DNA from: Macrostomum lignano | Taxonomy: Eukaryota | DNA: 64,000 nt | Assembly: GCA_002269645.1 (NCBI GenBank) | Contig: NIVC01001195.1 | Coordinates: 62,001-126,000 of the forward strand | Direction: 5' to 3' | Shown: positions 1 to 42,000 of the stretch, piece by piece | Position numbering within the stretch: position 1 is the first letter of the stretch | Layout of the letters: the number at the start of each line of letters is the position of its first letter | Notes under the pieces: model-generated | What the model saw: only the letters and a program-made list of their open reading frames with translations | Databases searched by the model: none | What the model was told of the DNA's origin: nothing | Program-made: the position numbers and the translations under genes

Positions 1-931
1 CTATCTTACAGATTCATGCGTGCTCACCTGTGTGCAGTTCATTAGCAACTTGCATGGCGCTCGTTTTAGCAGTATTTGAGTTCACAAAATGTTTGATCTT
101 GATCACAAAATACACCTGGCTGCGGCCTGTATGCTTCTTAGCGCTCTTTTATGCTGATTCCGGCCTGGCAGCTGCTGAGGGACGCTGCTTTCCCACACTC
201 CTCGTAGGCGTTCTTAGCTACTGCCTTTCCCGAACTAAACGCAAGAAGCTTGCTAGTTCTTCGCAGAGCAACTCCAACCTGCTGGAGCGTAACGCCGCTT
301 GAGCACTCTTCTCATTGCGACATCCTACTGAGGCAGAGTGAAAACCTCTGCTCAGAACAATTGAATGCTTCCTCCTTTGAAGGCTAAATTTCTGTCAGCT
401 CACAGCAGTAAAGAAAGATTGAGAATAAAAGAAAATCTTCCTGAAACATTTTCCCTTCTTTTCTCCTGACTAATGCGACTAGTGCTGCTCCCGCGTTTGA
501 GATGCGCCTCAAGATTTCCAGACCCTATTCATGAGTTAAAGCTGGTAGCCAGAAGTGGGTAACTCTGGGTATTTTAACAGATGAGCAATAGTTAAGAAGA
601 GAGATAGAGTTCGTGTTTGAGTACTGTATAAGTAAATTAGGCCTGATTACTAGTGCTAATACATTGACAGAATACAGAAAGGTCGTTAGCGGATGTGTGT
701 ACTTCGAAGCGAGCAATTGTTTATCATCGCCATGAGGTGATATGTATGTAGCATCGGAAAAATATGCGTATACGAGTATTCTACAGTCAGGTGAAAAAGT
801 GCGTTTGAGTCTGACACGAAGTTACAAGTGTGCTTGTTTATACGAGTGTAGTAAACTTTGCTGTTTAGCAAGCATACTCTGTCCCTGGTGCAGGCTGTGC
901 CAGTTAGCCTGGAGGTGTCAGGACAGCCAGT

Positions 932-2866
932 TCACAGCTGCATGTCACAGCTGGAGACAGATGTCGATGAGCTCGTCACCGAGGCCTCCTCCATCCAGCT
1001 GACGCGGATCAGCTGCGGCAGGAACGGCGTCTCCGTTGCCATGGAAACAATGTCGGATCCGCGCAGCAGCAGCGACGTCTGGTCACTTGGTGACGGCGTC
1101 CTGCAGGAGAAGCGGCTGCAGCTGCTCAGGTCTGCGCAGTCTGCCGAGCCGCCTGCAGGCTGCTGGCCGGAGGTTGCCTGAGCCGCTTTCGTTGTCGCTG
1201 CTGTCAGGGTGGTCGCCGCCGAGATGACCGCCGAGGCCTCCGACTCCGAGGACAGCTCGCAGACCGCCGCCGATGGCAATCGACGAGCAACCGAAGAAGC
1301 CACGGCGGCTGCCGTCGCTGCCCAGCCGCCACGGCGATGGAACGCCCTGGGCTCGAATCCGAGGGCCTCCGCTGCCTCCGGCTGGCGGACTTTGCGGGCC
1401 AGCAGCGACCGCTGCAGCTGCGGGGTGGGTCGGTGGCGAGGCTGTTGAAGCAGACAGGCACAAAGTCACCAAGACACAAAAGCTCAAGGACACCCAGACA
1501 CTGCCGGACCTGAACTCGAACCGACAGCGCCTTTTCCTCAGCCTCCAGTCGGTCTCCGGTGAGCGCGATGCTCCATCGAACAACGTCGACCTGTTCGTGG
1601 CGGCAACAGTGCCACTCCTGACTGCAGGTCTCTCCGCCGGACTGGATGAAGAAATTGTCGGCGAAGGCAGCCGAGTCGACTCTGGCCGTATCGGTGTTGC
1701 TAACATTCGCCAGTTGTTGCCTCTCCGCCACCTGCAGCTCGTCATCGCTGCCGGGCAGCGGCGCGGCCACGCAGCAGGGGTTTTTCCTGTAGTGCCAGAG
1801 CCGCATCCGCGACTGCAGCACTGCAACCGAGGTTTTGAGTTGGTCAATCTTAGTGGAAACACGCTGCCTTCTACCCTGCAGCCCAGTTTGTGCCTACTGG
1901 CTTCCTCTGTATTCTACTTAAAGTAGATTCAAAAGGAGCCGATATTAAAATTTAGTTTGTATAATGAAGATACCAAAGAGTCCTTTCTGTTCTACTTTGG
2001 GTAGTGCAAAACGTTTCAATCAATGCTTTGAACTCACCGTGCCGCTCCGGTCGCTTTCTGGGCGAAAATGATTTCCTATAATTTGATGGCATCCTCGGCA
2101 GACGGCTGTTCGCGGCGAGCCGGCACAGCCGCTGATACTCCAGAACCGGCTTTCGCTCTGGTTTTACCATTTTTCAGAGAAACAATATTGGAGTACGCTC
2201 ATTTAGAAAGAAGAAATATTTTTTGCGCTTTCTGTAACTGCCACCAATTCTCTTTCTTGTGTGCAAGTTGATAAGAATGCGATACCCATAATATTAAAAA
2301 TTAATATTTGATTCACTATTGCATGGCGCATCTGAAGACTGCGTACGGCTGTTCAGTCCAAGGACTGGGGGGTCGCCACACACCCTCAATCACCCCAGCT
2401 AATGCTGGCACCCATTTTACAGCTGGGTGAACTGAAGCAATGCAGAGTTAAGTGTCTTGCTCACAAGGCACAAATTGTTCCGAGTGGGTCGAGAATCGAA
2501 CCCCCGACCTTTAAGTCGTGAGCCCAACGCTCTGACCACTAGGCTACAAACCCTATAGGAACCCAGAAACTCGACCTGCTCACCGGGGCGCCCTCTGGCT
2601 TTGCCATCCAGCGACCGGTTCGACTCGAAACTGAAGCCTTCGCTGGCCTTTTTCGAGTTCCGAGTCCGGCAGCAGCAGTGCCTGTTCTCAAGCTCGAGCA
2701 TCTCCTCGAACTGCTGGCGCCAGTCTCGTTGCTGCTGCATCTGCAGGTACAGCTCGCACACGCGGAACCGAGGCCTGCTGCTCTTTCTGAAACTCGAGAG
2801 CAGCTTCTTCGGCCGGGTCCGGATCACTGGGGTGGCGCTGTTGTTGGTGGACCGGTTTGCCTTCAT
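932..2866 (-). CDS. Spliced orphan ORF of unknown function, ~407 aa; join(2866-2584, 2157-2038, 1820-1510, 1441-932); 5' end uncertain
   Basis: GC-rich coding-like blocks joined at GT/AG sites with matching phases: CCCG|GTGAG phase 1; ACCAG|AG..CACG|GTGAG phase 1; TTGCAG|TG..CAG|GTCCGG phase 0; CAACAG|CCT..TGA. No recognisable domain. One donor (GTCCGG) is weak. Confidence 0.45.
2337..2548 (-). mobile_element. tRNA-derived SINE with CORE (MIR-like) central domain
   Basis: Minus strand reads GCCTAGTGGTCAGAGCG (A box) ... GGTTCGATTCTC (B box), then TGTGCCTTGTGAGCAAGACACTTAACTCTGCATTGCTTCAGTTCACCCAGCTGTAAAATGGG. This resembles the CORE consensus TGTGACCTTGGGCAAGTTACTTAACCTCTCTGTGCCTCAGTTTCCTCATCTGTAAAATGGG. 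Confidence 0.7.
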
Positions 2867-3574
2867 TGCCCCGCTGCCTTATTTTACTAGGATGAAATAC
2901 GAGCGCAATTGCCAAGGAGTCGCTGACGTTTGGCTAAATTCGAGTTGCACTTTTATTATAAGCAAAATCGAAAATTTCACGTTCTGTGTGCTCTTGGCCA
3001 TAGACAAATAGGCCTTATTGCTGATCTTAGCGAAAACACTTGAGGTTCCTCGACTTGGGGTGTCACTGTCAGTCTGAGGTGTTGTTGGTTGTGTTTCAGT
3101 CAGTCTGAGGGATTGTTGGGGTGTCAATGTCAATTATAGAGGTTTTTTGTGGAGCTAAGGAAAAAATAAAAAGTTCAACTTCGCTTAGCAGTGTAGATGG
3201 AGTTAAAGTGAGACAGCTCATTGGAATTAAAAAAGGCACTGAAAAAAACAGAAAATCATGTGAAAATGAGAAACTGTGGGAATTCAAATGAAAAAAAGTG
3301 AAAAAATATAAATGTCAATCTAAATGCTAATTTGAAACTCGGCTTGGGTTCAAATCCTGTTGCTGTTTTAGAAGCTGTTGTTGGCGACAAAAAACTGATC
3401 TAATTCTCAGAAAGGAAGAAAAAAGATTCAAATATTTCTATCTGACAATGTTACCTTTAATAGGATTTTCCTGTGTATTTAGCTGCAACAGATTCTTTGA
3501 GTAAATGTGGAGAGTAAGTGCAGACGGTTTTGTGTTTTTTATTTAAATAAATTAATAAAAATGCAAAATCTCTC

Positions 3575-4185
3575 ACCCCTAAACAACACCCCTCACCCTC
3601 TCACCCCTGCCAGACACCCTCACTCTCTCACCCCTCCCCCACACCCCTCACTCTCTCACCCCTTCCCCACACCCCTCACTCCGTCATGCCTGCCAGACAC
3701 CCCTCACTCTCTCACCCCTGCCCCAAACCCCTCACTCTCTCACCCCTAAACAACACCCCTCACCCTCTCACCCCTGCCAGACACCCTCACTCTCTCACCC
3801 CTCCCCACACCCCTCACTCTCTCACCCCTCCCCCACACCCCTCACTCCGTCATGCCTGCCAGACACCCCTCACTCTCTCACCCCTGCCCCAAACCCCTCA
3901 CTCTCTCAACTCTCCCCCACACCCCTCAATCCTTCACCCCTGCCCCACACCCCTCACTCTCTCAACTCTCCCCCACACCCCTCAATCCTTCACCCCTGCC
4001 CCAAACCCCTCACTCTCTCAACTCTCCCCCACACCCCTCAATCCTTCACCCCTGCCCCACACCCCTCACTCTCTCACCCCTGCCAGACACCCCTCACTTT
4101 CTCACCCCTCCCCTACACCTCTGACTCTCTCACCCCTTCCCTACACCTCTGACTCTCTCACCCCTTCCCTACACCTCTCATCTGA
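3575..4185. repeat. C-rich degenerate minisatellite (CACCCCTCACTCTCTCACCCCT...-type units, ~22-28 bp)
   Basis: Direct tandem repetition visible. Confidence 0.9.
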
Positions 4186-4669
4186 GCACAGGTGAATCAC
4201 AGAGCACCGTCTCGCATAAAATTTCAGTTACAGTTCATTACTGATTACAGTTCATTACTGATCCGCCTTAGAACTTCCTCAATAGTCGGGTTAGAGAACC
4301 CCCGGGTCAAAGGTTGCCACCGCTCTGAGAAGTCTTTGCCAGCTGAAGATTTCATCAGAAATGCCAATTGCGGCTGCATTGATTGATTATGGCGCTGCGG
4401 TGTGGCCCGCATCAATAAACTGCATTGGCTGGGGTCAGTCAGACTCAAAGAGTTGGCCCATCATTGCTGCAATAAGTAGGCCATCAAGCAGATGATGAGA
4501 GTGAATCACCTGAGCGACGGATTGGGGCGGTGTATGGCCTCACAGATATCCCAATGCTGGGGGTCTGCGCGGAACTTTGAGCTACCGGTCATGGAGCTCT
4601 GGAGGCCTGTAATCTGGAGTTGGTTCAACTCGTTTTTTGACTTGGGCCACCATTTCGGTTTTAATGAAA

Positions 4670-5160
4670 TTGATTTCTAATCTAACGTCAATCGATTTCT
4701 AATTGGGCGCCAATCGATTTCTAATCGGGCGCTAATCGATTTCTAATTGGGCGCCAATCGATTTCTAATCGGGCGCTAATCGATTTCTAATTGGGTGCCA
4801 ATTGATTTCTAATCTAACGTCAATCGATTTCTAATTGGGCGCCAATCGATTTCTAATTGGGCGCCAATTGATTTCTAATTTAATGCCAATCGGCTTCTAT
4901 TTTGGGGCCAATCAATTTTTGAAGTGGCGCCAATCGGTTTCTAATTTGGAGCCAATCGATTTCTAATCTGGCGCCAATCGATTTTTAAAGTGGCGCCAAT
5001 CGGTTTCTAATTTGGCGCCAATCGATTTCTAATCTGGAGCCAATCGATTTCTAATTTGGCGCCAATTGATTTCTAATCTGGCGCCAATCGATTTCTAATC
5101 TGGCACAAATCCATTTGTAATTAGATGCCAATCGGTTTCTAATTTGGCGCCTACCGATTC
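4670..5160. repeat. 22-bp minisatellite AATCGATTTCTAATTGGGCGCC
   Basis: Direct tandem repetition; units contain palindromes AATCGATT and (TT)GGCGCC(AA). Confidence 0.9.
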
Positions 5161-5624
5161 TAGTTCAAAAGTATTTAAACCCCGCAGTTAAACCAAATAA
5201 CCAACTGTTTTCAGTAGTCGATAATGCACTACTGAAGTTGCAATAAGTTTGCGAAATGAAGCTGTTTTCACGCCAGATTCCAGCATTCAGATCTCCTTGT
5301 CTCTCCCCACTCCAAACCTGCACTGGCAGTCAAGTGGGCCAATTTTCTAAATAGAAGCCCCGGACCCCCCACTGTGAGGGGCAGCCAATCAGACGGCGGA
5401 GAGCCAGAACTCTTTGAGCCACTCCGGCGCCAGCGCCAATCCACAAATCCTCCCCCCAGCTGCCCCCGGAGGCAGCCCCCCATTTGTTGTTACAAAAAGC
5501 GCAGCAGACCCCCAGACAGCTCAATGATTCTTGGAGAAATCCACGTTAATCCCTTGCTTGGCTCATAGTCAACTACAAGCAGAGCAGACAACAAATTATC
5601 ATTAATAATTCAAATAAAAGAGGA

Positions 5625-34900
<29,276 letters not shown>

Positions 34901-35564
34901 GCCGCAGAATCGAACCCTGCACGTCACGCAGACTCTGAAAATTATTTATCCATTGCAACTCACCGCAAAAAGTATCTTCAACTGCTTGTGCAACACAAAA
35001 TATCCAAGGCAAACCATATTTGAAATTCAGCTGATTAAACTCCTTGATGGTAGATTAAAAGTATTTGAGATTATAATGTGTTTTCAGGTGCAAATCCTGG
35101 AAAAGCACCCAATCAAAGTCCGAGTTGAATGTTCGATAAAAACCTTTCCGTGTTCGGTTGTGAATGCTTTTTCATTTTATGCTTATTTTGTTAGAAACAG
35201 TTTACTTAAACAAAAAATTGCCATTGAAATGTTTGTTTGGTAGCCCCGCCCTGTTGGTCATGTAATAGCATTGTTGCAATGCCTTTTCTTAACCGTACTA
35301 CTTTTAGTAGAAAATCTCAGCAATGTGAACGCCAGTGGGTGTGAATAGTTTATTAAATTGCAATTTTTACTTTGCCGCACGAATTCATAAAAAGCAGAAA
35401 TGCTTGAAAATGTTCCGCTATTCCAGCTGATCAACCCACGCGTTTTCTTGTCAGTCTGTACTTTTAATAATATTATATCAGCTGCGCTTCAACTGCCTCA
35501 CTTACAGTACCTTCTGTCTGCTGGATCTTGTTCCTTACATACATGCTTCTATAGGGGCTCCATA

Positions 35565-35950
35565 TCTAATTAGGGCACTGTAACTTACCTAATTAGGGAA
35601 ATATAACTGACCTAATTAGGGCAATAAAACTGACCTAATTAGGGCACTATAACTGACCTAATTAGGCCAATATATACTGACCTAATTAGGGCAATAAAAC
35701 TGACCTAATTAGGGCACTATAACTGACCTAATTAGGGCAATAAAACTGACCTAATTAGGGCACTGTAACTGACCTAATTAGGGCAATAAAACTGACCTAA
35801 TTAGGGCACTATAACTGACCTAATTAGGCCAATATAACTGACCTAATTAGGGCACTGTAACTGACCTAATTAGGCCAATATAACTGACCTAATTAGGGCA
35901 CCTTAATTGACCTAAGGCACTATAACTAACTTAATTAGGGCTCTATAACT
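35565..35950. repeat. 23-bp minisatellite AACTGACCTAATTAGGGCACTAT
   Basis: Direct tandem repetition; palindrome CCTAATTAGG in each unit. Confidence 0.92.
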
Positions 35951-36711
35951 GATCTAGCAGCAGCCAAAAGTCCTTCCTGAAATTCCACAAAGCACCTCAA
36001 CCCAATCTGCGCGTGTAAAATTCCCACAAACTGCGGTTCAAGCGTCAAATTACTTGATAATTAATTATTATTAATGCTTTAAACATCCACTACATTATTA
36101 TCGATAATCTGCTGAGGATTAAATAAACAGAAAAGTTCAGTATGAAAATAATACAGTATTCAGCATTTCTCTTCTTTGTCAATTGTTTCCCGGAAACCCT
36201 TTAAAGGCTCGTTTCGTCAGCGAGACAGCAGCTTAGAGGGTCGGTCACCCGATTTATGTTGAATAGGAAAATGAACTTCCTGAGACGGCAATTATGCACA
36301 TATTGAGAGGCATTGAAAGGCTTTCAAGGCCTGTGGTTTGGGGCAGCACTGACAGCCCAAATAAGCAGAGGCGAGTCACATAAAGCTAAATAGTTTAAAA
36401 TCAGCCATTTGCAATCGCAAGATGGTAGCGCAGTTATAAATATGTATTTAAATATTTCTGCCAAAAATTAATGCTTATAGCTACGCGTAAACAATAAGTT
36501 AATAGACGAAATATCGACAGAAATGGAAGGGAGCCATCAGCGAGCAGATCCCCTCTTATTACTAACAGTCGTATTACTAACAGTAGCGACTGCCGCATTG
36601 CATAGTGCTGAAGCTCGATAAGTGAAAATTGGCCTGCCTTCTGCAATTCATTAGACAGAATTTTATTGATTTGAAATATAAGTTATTCATGCTCTATAAC
36701 TGGCAAACTAT

Positions 36712-37680
36712 ATGACCAATAGTCTATGAGCACTCTGACCAATAGTCTATGAGCACTCTGACCAATAGTCTATTTCGTATGAGCACTCTAAACAATAGTC
36801 TATTATCACTCTATGACCAATAGTCTATGAGCACTCTGACCAATAGTCTATGAGCACTCTGACCAATAGTCTATTTCGTATGAGCACTCTAAACAATAGT
36901 CTATTATCACTCTATGACCAATAGTTTATGAGCACTCTGACCAATAGTCTATGAGCACTCTGACCAATAGTCTATGAGCACTCTGACCAATAGTCTATGA
37001 GCACTATGACCAATAGTCTATGAGCACTCTGACCAATAGTCTATGAGCACTCTGACCAATAGTCTATTATCACTCTATGACCAATAGTCTTTGAGCACTC
37101 TGACCAATAGTCTATTTCGTATGAGCACTCTAAACAATAGTCTATTATCACTCTATGACCAAAAGTCTATGAGCACTCTATGACCAATAGTCTATGAGCA
37201 CACTATGACCAATAGCCTATGAGCACTCTATGACCAATAGTCCATGAGCACTCTATGACCAATAGTATATGAACACTCTATGACCAATAGTCTATGAGCA
37301 CTCTATGACGAATAGTCTGTGAGCACTCTATGACCAATAGCCTATGAGCACACTATGACCAATAGCCTATGAGAACTCTATGACCAATAGTCTATTAGCA
37401 CTCTATGACCAATAGTCTATGAGCACTCTGACCAATAGTCTATGAGCACTCTACGACCAATAGTCTATTAGCACTCTATGACCAATAGTCTATGAGCACT
37501 CTACGACCAATAGTCTATGAGCACTCTACGACCAATAGTCTATTAGCACTCTACGACCAATAGTCCATGAGCACTCTATGACCAATAGTCTATGAGCACT
37601 CTATGACCAATAGTCTATGAGCACTCTATGACCAATAGTCTATTAGCACTCTATGACCAATAGTCTATGAGCACTCTATT
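36712..37680. repeat. 23-25-bp minisatellite TGACCAATAGTCTATGAGCACTCTA
   Basis: Direct tandem repetition; reverse-complement relative of the 31495-33710 unit. Confidence 0.92.
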
Positions 37681-38227
37681 GAAATTCTACGAGTATGAGC
37701 ACAAAATATTTGAATCGAGAAATACTTCGCAAGCATGCACATCTAACAAAGACAAAGTTAAGTCTCTTTACCCAATGATCATAATGTCACACAGGTATCA
37801 AACAGAAATGTTGCATTATTTGCATGGATAAAAAATAAGGCTCATAATAACTAACAACATGCGCCGAAATCAATCAGCATGACAATATAGCGATATAACT
37901 GATTAATAATGAAATAGGAGGCGCCGTACATGACACAGACAAAAACAAAAGAAATTACCAAACAAAGAGTTTGAAGCGGCAGAGCCAGTGGCTCAAGGCC
38001 TAGCTATGTACACAGAATTAATAGAGCACAATGCCAATCAATCAGGCTGATAATTTATAACTGAAAACATGACAAAAACCAATTATAAGCAAATATTGAC
38101 AACTAAAATTGATTTGTTTGTTCATTGTACACAATAGCATATTAATAACTATGTAGAAATATAAAAGTTTAAACACGAGCGTAAAAGGTTGATGGTTAAC
38201 GGTGTAGTAAATAGGAATTCTTCAAGA

Positions 38228-38600
38228 CCGTCACGTGACCCCTGTACATGTACAGCTTGGGGGCTACGCGACCCAATCACCTAAAGGGGTCACTTGACCC
38301 TCAGATTTTTTTACATTGGCCTCAGATTTGATCAAGAGGGGTCACGTGACCCTCAAAAGTTTTATAGGGGGTCACATTGGCCTCAGATTTGATCAAGAGG
38401 GGTCACGTGACCCTCAAAGATTTTAACAAGGGGGTCACGTGACCCTCAAAGATTTTAACAAGGGGGTCACGTGACCCAAAAATCCGGAAATTTTGCGGTG
38501 AATCACGTGACCGAAATAGTTGACGGCTGATCAAACAAAGTACATCTTTATGAGGGGTCAAGACAACCCCAATTAGTGAGTGCAAGGGTCACATGACCCC
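38228..38600. repeat. Cluster of GGGTCACGTGACCC palindromes
   Basis: About six TCACGTGA cores plus degenerate GGGTCACATTGG/GGGTCACATGACCC copies in ~370 bp. Confidence 0.75.
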
Positions 38601-38857
38601 AATTAAAACTGCTACAGTATCAGAATACTTCCAAGTAGCGCAGGCGGACAGGCACTCCGATAAGTGTTCGAATAAATGGCCGCAAAAATGGGGAAATCTT
38701 GAGAAAAAATGAACAAGTTGACCAAAAATATGAAACCAGCAAGAAAAGCTTGACAGCAATAAACAATGTAACTGTCAATGATAAGGCAACTCGAACACAA
38801 TACTCTGTAGCTGCTGATGCTGCTTGAGCTCTCCCAACAAGTCAAACTAGAAAGTGA

Positions 38858-39034
38858 TCAATAAACCCAGTTAACCGGCACCCACTGGTGCTTGGTGTGC
38901 ACCAGATCCACGCACTGCTTCAGCTGGGCGATGGTGTCCTCGATGTCGTTATTGATGATCTTCAGGTCAAAGTAGTGCCCGTAGTGCCGCTCCAGCAGCT
39001 CGCTCTCCTTGGCCAGCCGCTCCAGGCTGCCGTC
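38858..39034 (-). CDS. CASK: CASK terminal coding exon
   Basis: [43 protein letters not shown]. Confidence 0.93.
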   Translation of the reverse strand, partial: DGSLERLAKESELLERHYGHYFDLKIINNDIEDTIAQLKQCVDLVHTKHQWVPVNWVY

Positions 39035-42000
39035 CTGCGGCAGTTCGAGGGGGGGGAGATAGAAAAGGGGGAGCGCTAAGCAACCGTGAGAAGTAGACAG
39101 GTGGAAGTTGACAGAGTGAGAGGTAGACAGCAGAAGCAGACAAAGGGAGAGGAAGAAAGCAGAAGCAGACAAAGGGAGAGGAAGAAAGCAGAAGCAGACA
39201 AAGGAGAGGAAGAAAGCAGAAGCAGACAAAGGGAGAGGAAGAAAGCAGAAGCAGACAAAGGGAGAGGAAGAAAGCAGAAGCAGACAAAGGGAGAAGTAGA
39301 CAGCAGAAGACAGCATGTCAGGCAATATGGACATGAGAAACGCAGAAGTAGGCAATATGGACATGAGAAACGCAGAAGTAGGCAATATGGACATGAGAAA
39401 CGCAGAGGCAGCTCACATTGAGTCCGTGCACGTCACTCATGGTGCTGAGCTCGGGCGCAGCGATGAAGACCACGTAGGGCGCGAACTCGGCGGTGCGCAG
39501 GACGCGCAACGCCTGCGGCTCAACGTCAAGGATGGCGACTTTGCCGTGCCGATGAATCTCCCGAATGGTGTCCAGCTTGGTGCCGTACATGGCGTCCTCG
39601 TGGGTGCCGTACTCCAGGTACTCGTTGTTGGTGATGTCCCGCATCATCTCCTCGCGGCCCACGAAATAATAACTGCGCCCGTTCACCTCGTTCTTGCCGG
39701 GAGGCCGGGTCGTGTCTGCGGTGGGGTGTCAGAGATCTACTACTGATCCGGGTTGATTACTAGTAGTATGTAAAATATGTATCAATGAGCTACGGCTGAC
39801 ACTTAAAAAAGGTCAGAGAGAGGTTCTGATCTGAGTGACCCCTTTGGTTGCTCAGGACGGGTTCCAATGGTGGCTCAGGAAGGGTTCCGATGGTCACTCA
39901 GGAAGGGTTCCAATGGTTGCTCAAGGCGGGTTCCAATGGTGGCTCAGGATGTTCTGGAGGTTCGTTTTTTTTGTCAATTTTTTTGGGTTTTTACTTATTT
40001 AATTGTACATGTATTTTCTCTTTATTTAATGTACATGAGCCAACCCCCCTCGATTTGCTAACCCCACCCCACGTTAAATAATAATTAAAAAGGGCGTGAT
40101 TTTTGGTCAGCGTGTTTTTTGCTAGGTACTTGGTTGTTTTGTTTTGCCTGCGCGAGAACGCAGAGGTATTGAAGCCTACAAGCATTCGATTTTTGCCTAC
40201 TTAGTTATTTTTCGGTTTCGAAGAGTTAGTCGATTTAACAACTGGTAGCAGAGCGTGGTTGAAAAATGCAAAAGGACGGAGAAGAATTCGAGTCGAACTA
40301 CCCGCCGGCTGACGAGGAAGAACGCAAGCTGATGGACGCGAAGGCCGCCAAGACGAGGGCCAAGGCCGCATTCACCAAAGGAAGAAACCGGCTGGTGCAA
40401 CAACTCGCTGCTGGTGGTCAAGACGGCGCCGAAGTACAACAGCAAGCGACTCTCATGGAGAAGCTGTTCGAGGCTGTGACCACTGAGCTGGAGAAGCTGC
40501 TGGAGCTCGCCGGAAACGACCTGCCACTGCGTCGCCAAACGATCAAGGAGCTGGAGAATGCTGAAAAAGACTACGGTGAGACTGTGGGTCTGATGACCGA
40601 GTTCTGGAAAGATCGTAGCAGAAGTGAAGCAGCTGAGAGGGAGGAACAGGATCGCTTGGCGGAGTCTGAAGAACAGCAGAGGCGTGAGGAAGAGCGAAAA
40701 GTGCAAGCCGCAGAGCACAGAGCGCTGGAGTTGGAAGAGGTGCAGAGAGAGCTAGAGAGAGACTATCAACAACGGCATGAGCAGTTGGCAGAGGAGCTGA
40801 GGCGATTGAAAATTGTTACTGGCAGCACTAAGGCAGAGAGCCCGTGTGAAAGGGCTAGCCCAGGTTCAGGTTTGGCTGAACAGTCGATTGGGGCTGAGGT
40901 GGGTGTAAGCGCTGCGCCAGACAGGAGTGAAAAAGCTGATTGGACTGCCCACGAAGGGGGGTCAGGCGAGCGATCGATAAAACCAAACCCTGCACCCAGG
41001 CCAGCCACCTCACAGTCAGCCAGTGTACAGTGGCAACTCAGAGAGCCAATCGTTCAGCAGGAGTGTACACAGAGGGTGAGAGAAGAAGCGGAGAGGCAGG
41101 TCAGTCAGGACATGTGGCGGCAATTGCAGCGGGTGGCGATTCCCAGTTTCTCAGGTGATAAGCGTCAATACGAAGGGTGGAAGGCGGCCTTTTACGCGTG
41201 TGTAGATGCTGCACCCTCCTCTCGAGTGTACAAGCTATTGCAACTGAGGCAGTGTCTGCAGGGCGATGCGCTAAAGCTAATAGCCAACCTAGGGCATTCT
41301 GAATTTGCGTACAAGGCGGCTCTGGATAGGTTGGAGAGAGAATATGGAGGAGAGAGGCGCCGGCTGGTGCTAGTGTTGGAGGACCTGGACCGTTTTCGGC
41401 CCATTGTGACGGAGAGTGCGCCTCAGTTGAAGAAGCTGGCTGATCTGGTGGATGTAGCGGTTATCAATCTGATGGAGGCGGGTCGTGAAGCTGAACTAGA
41501 CAGCAATGGATTGCTTCATCTTCGCGTGCAAAAGAAATTGCCGACTGACACCCTGGCACGGTATCACCGATGGGTCGGGGAGAATGGCAGAAATGACACG
41601 CTCAGCGCTCTTCATCAATGGCTGCTGCGGGAGGCTGAGTATCAGACGGTTGCTATGGAGGCAGTGCATGGAGTTGCGGCACAGAATGGGCCAGGAGCAG
41701 GGAAGATGGAGCAAAGTAAGAAATTCAGCGGGATGCAGCGCACGGAAACAGCTCGAACGCATTTTGGCGCTGTCGCGGAGTCAACGAGAGCCGATGAGCA
41801 GCGCAAGAAAAACTGCCGTGTCTGTGAAGGAAGCCATGGCGCCTGGGAGTGCCCGAAGTTTGCGGAGATGGATGTAGTGAAGCGATGGGCCGTTGCTCGT
41901 GAGAAGAAGCTGTGCTTTCATTGTCTCGGCGTCAATCACTCTGGTTTAGCTTGTCGGCGGTCTAGAACCTGTGGCGTAGATGGTTGCCAGGGAAAACACC

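Noticed and set aside
30-520. Short coding-like segments at the window start
   Set aside because: No consistent frame, splice chain or motif could be established.
2480-2548. tRNA gene
   Set aside because: A and B boxes are present, but there is no complete cloverleaf and it continues into a CORE domain, so it is a SINE head.
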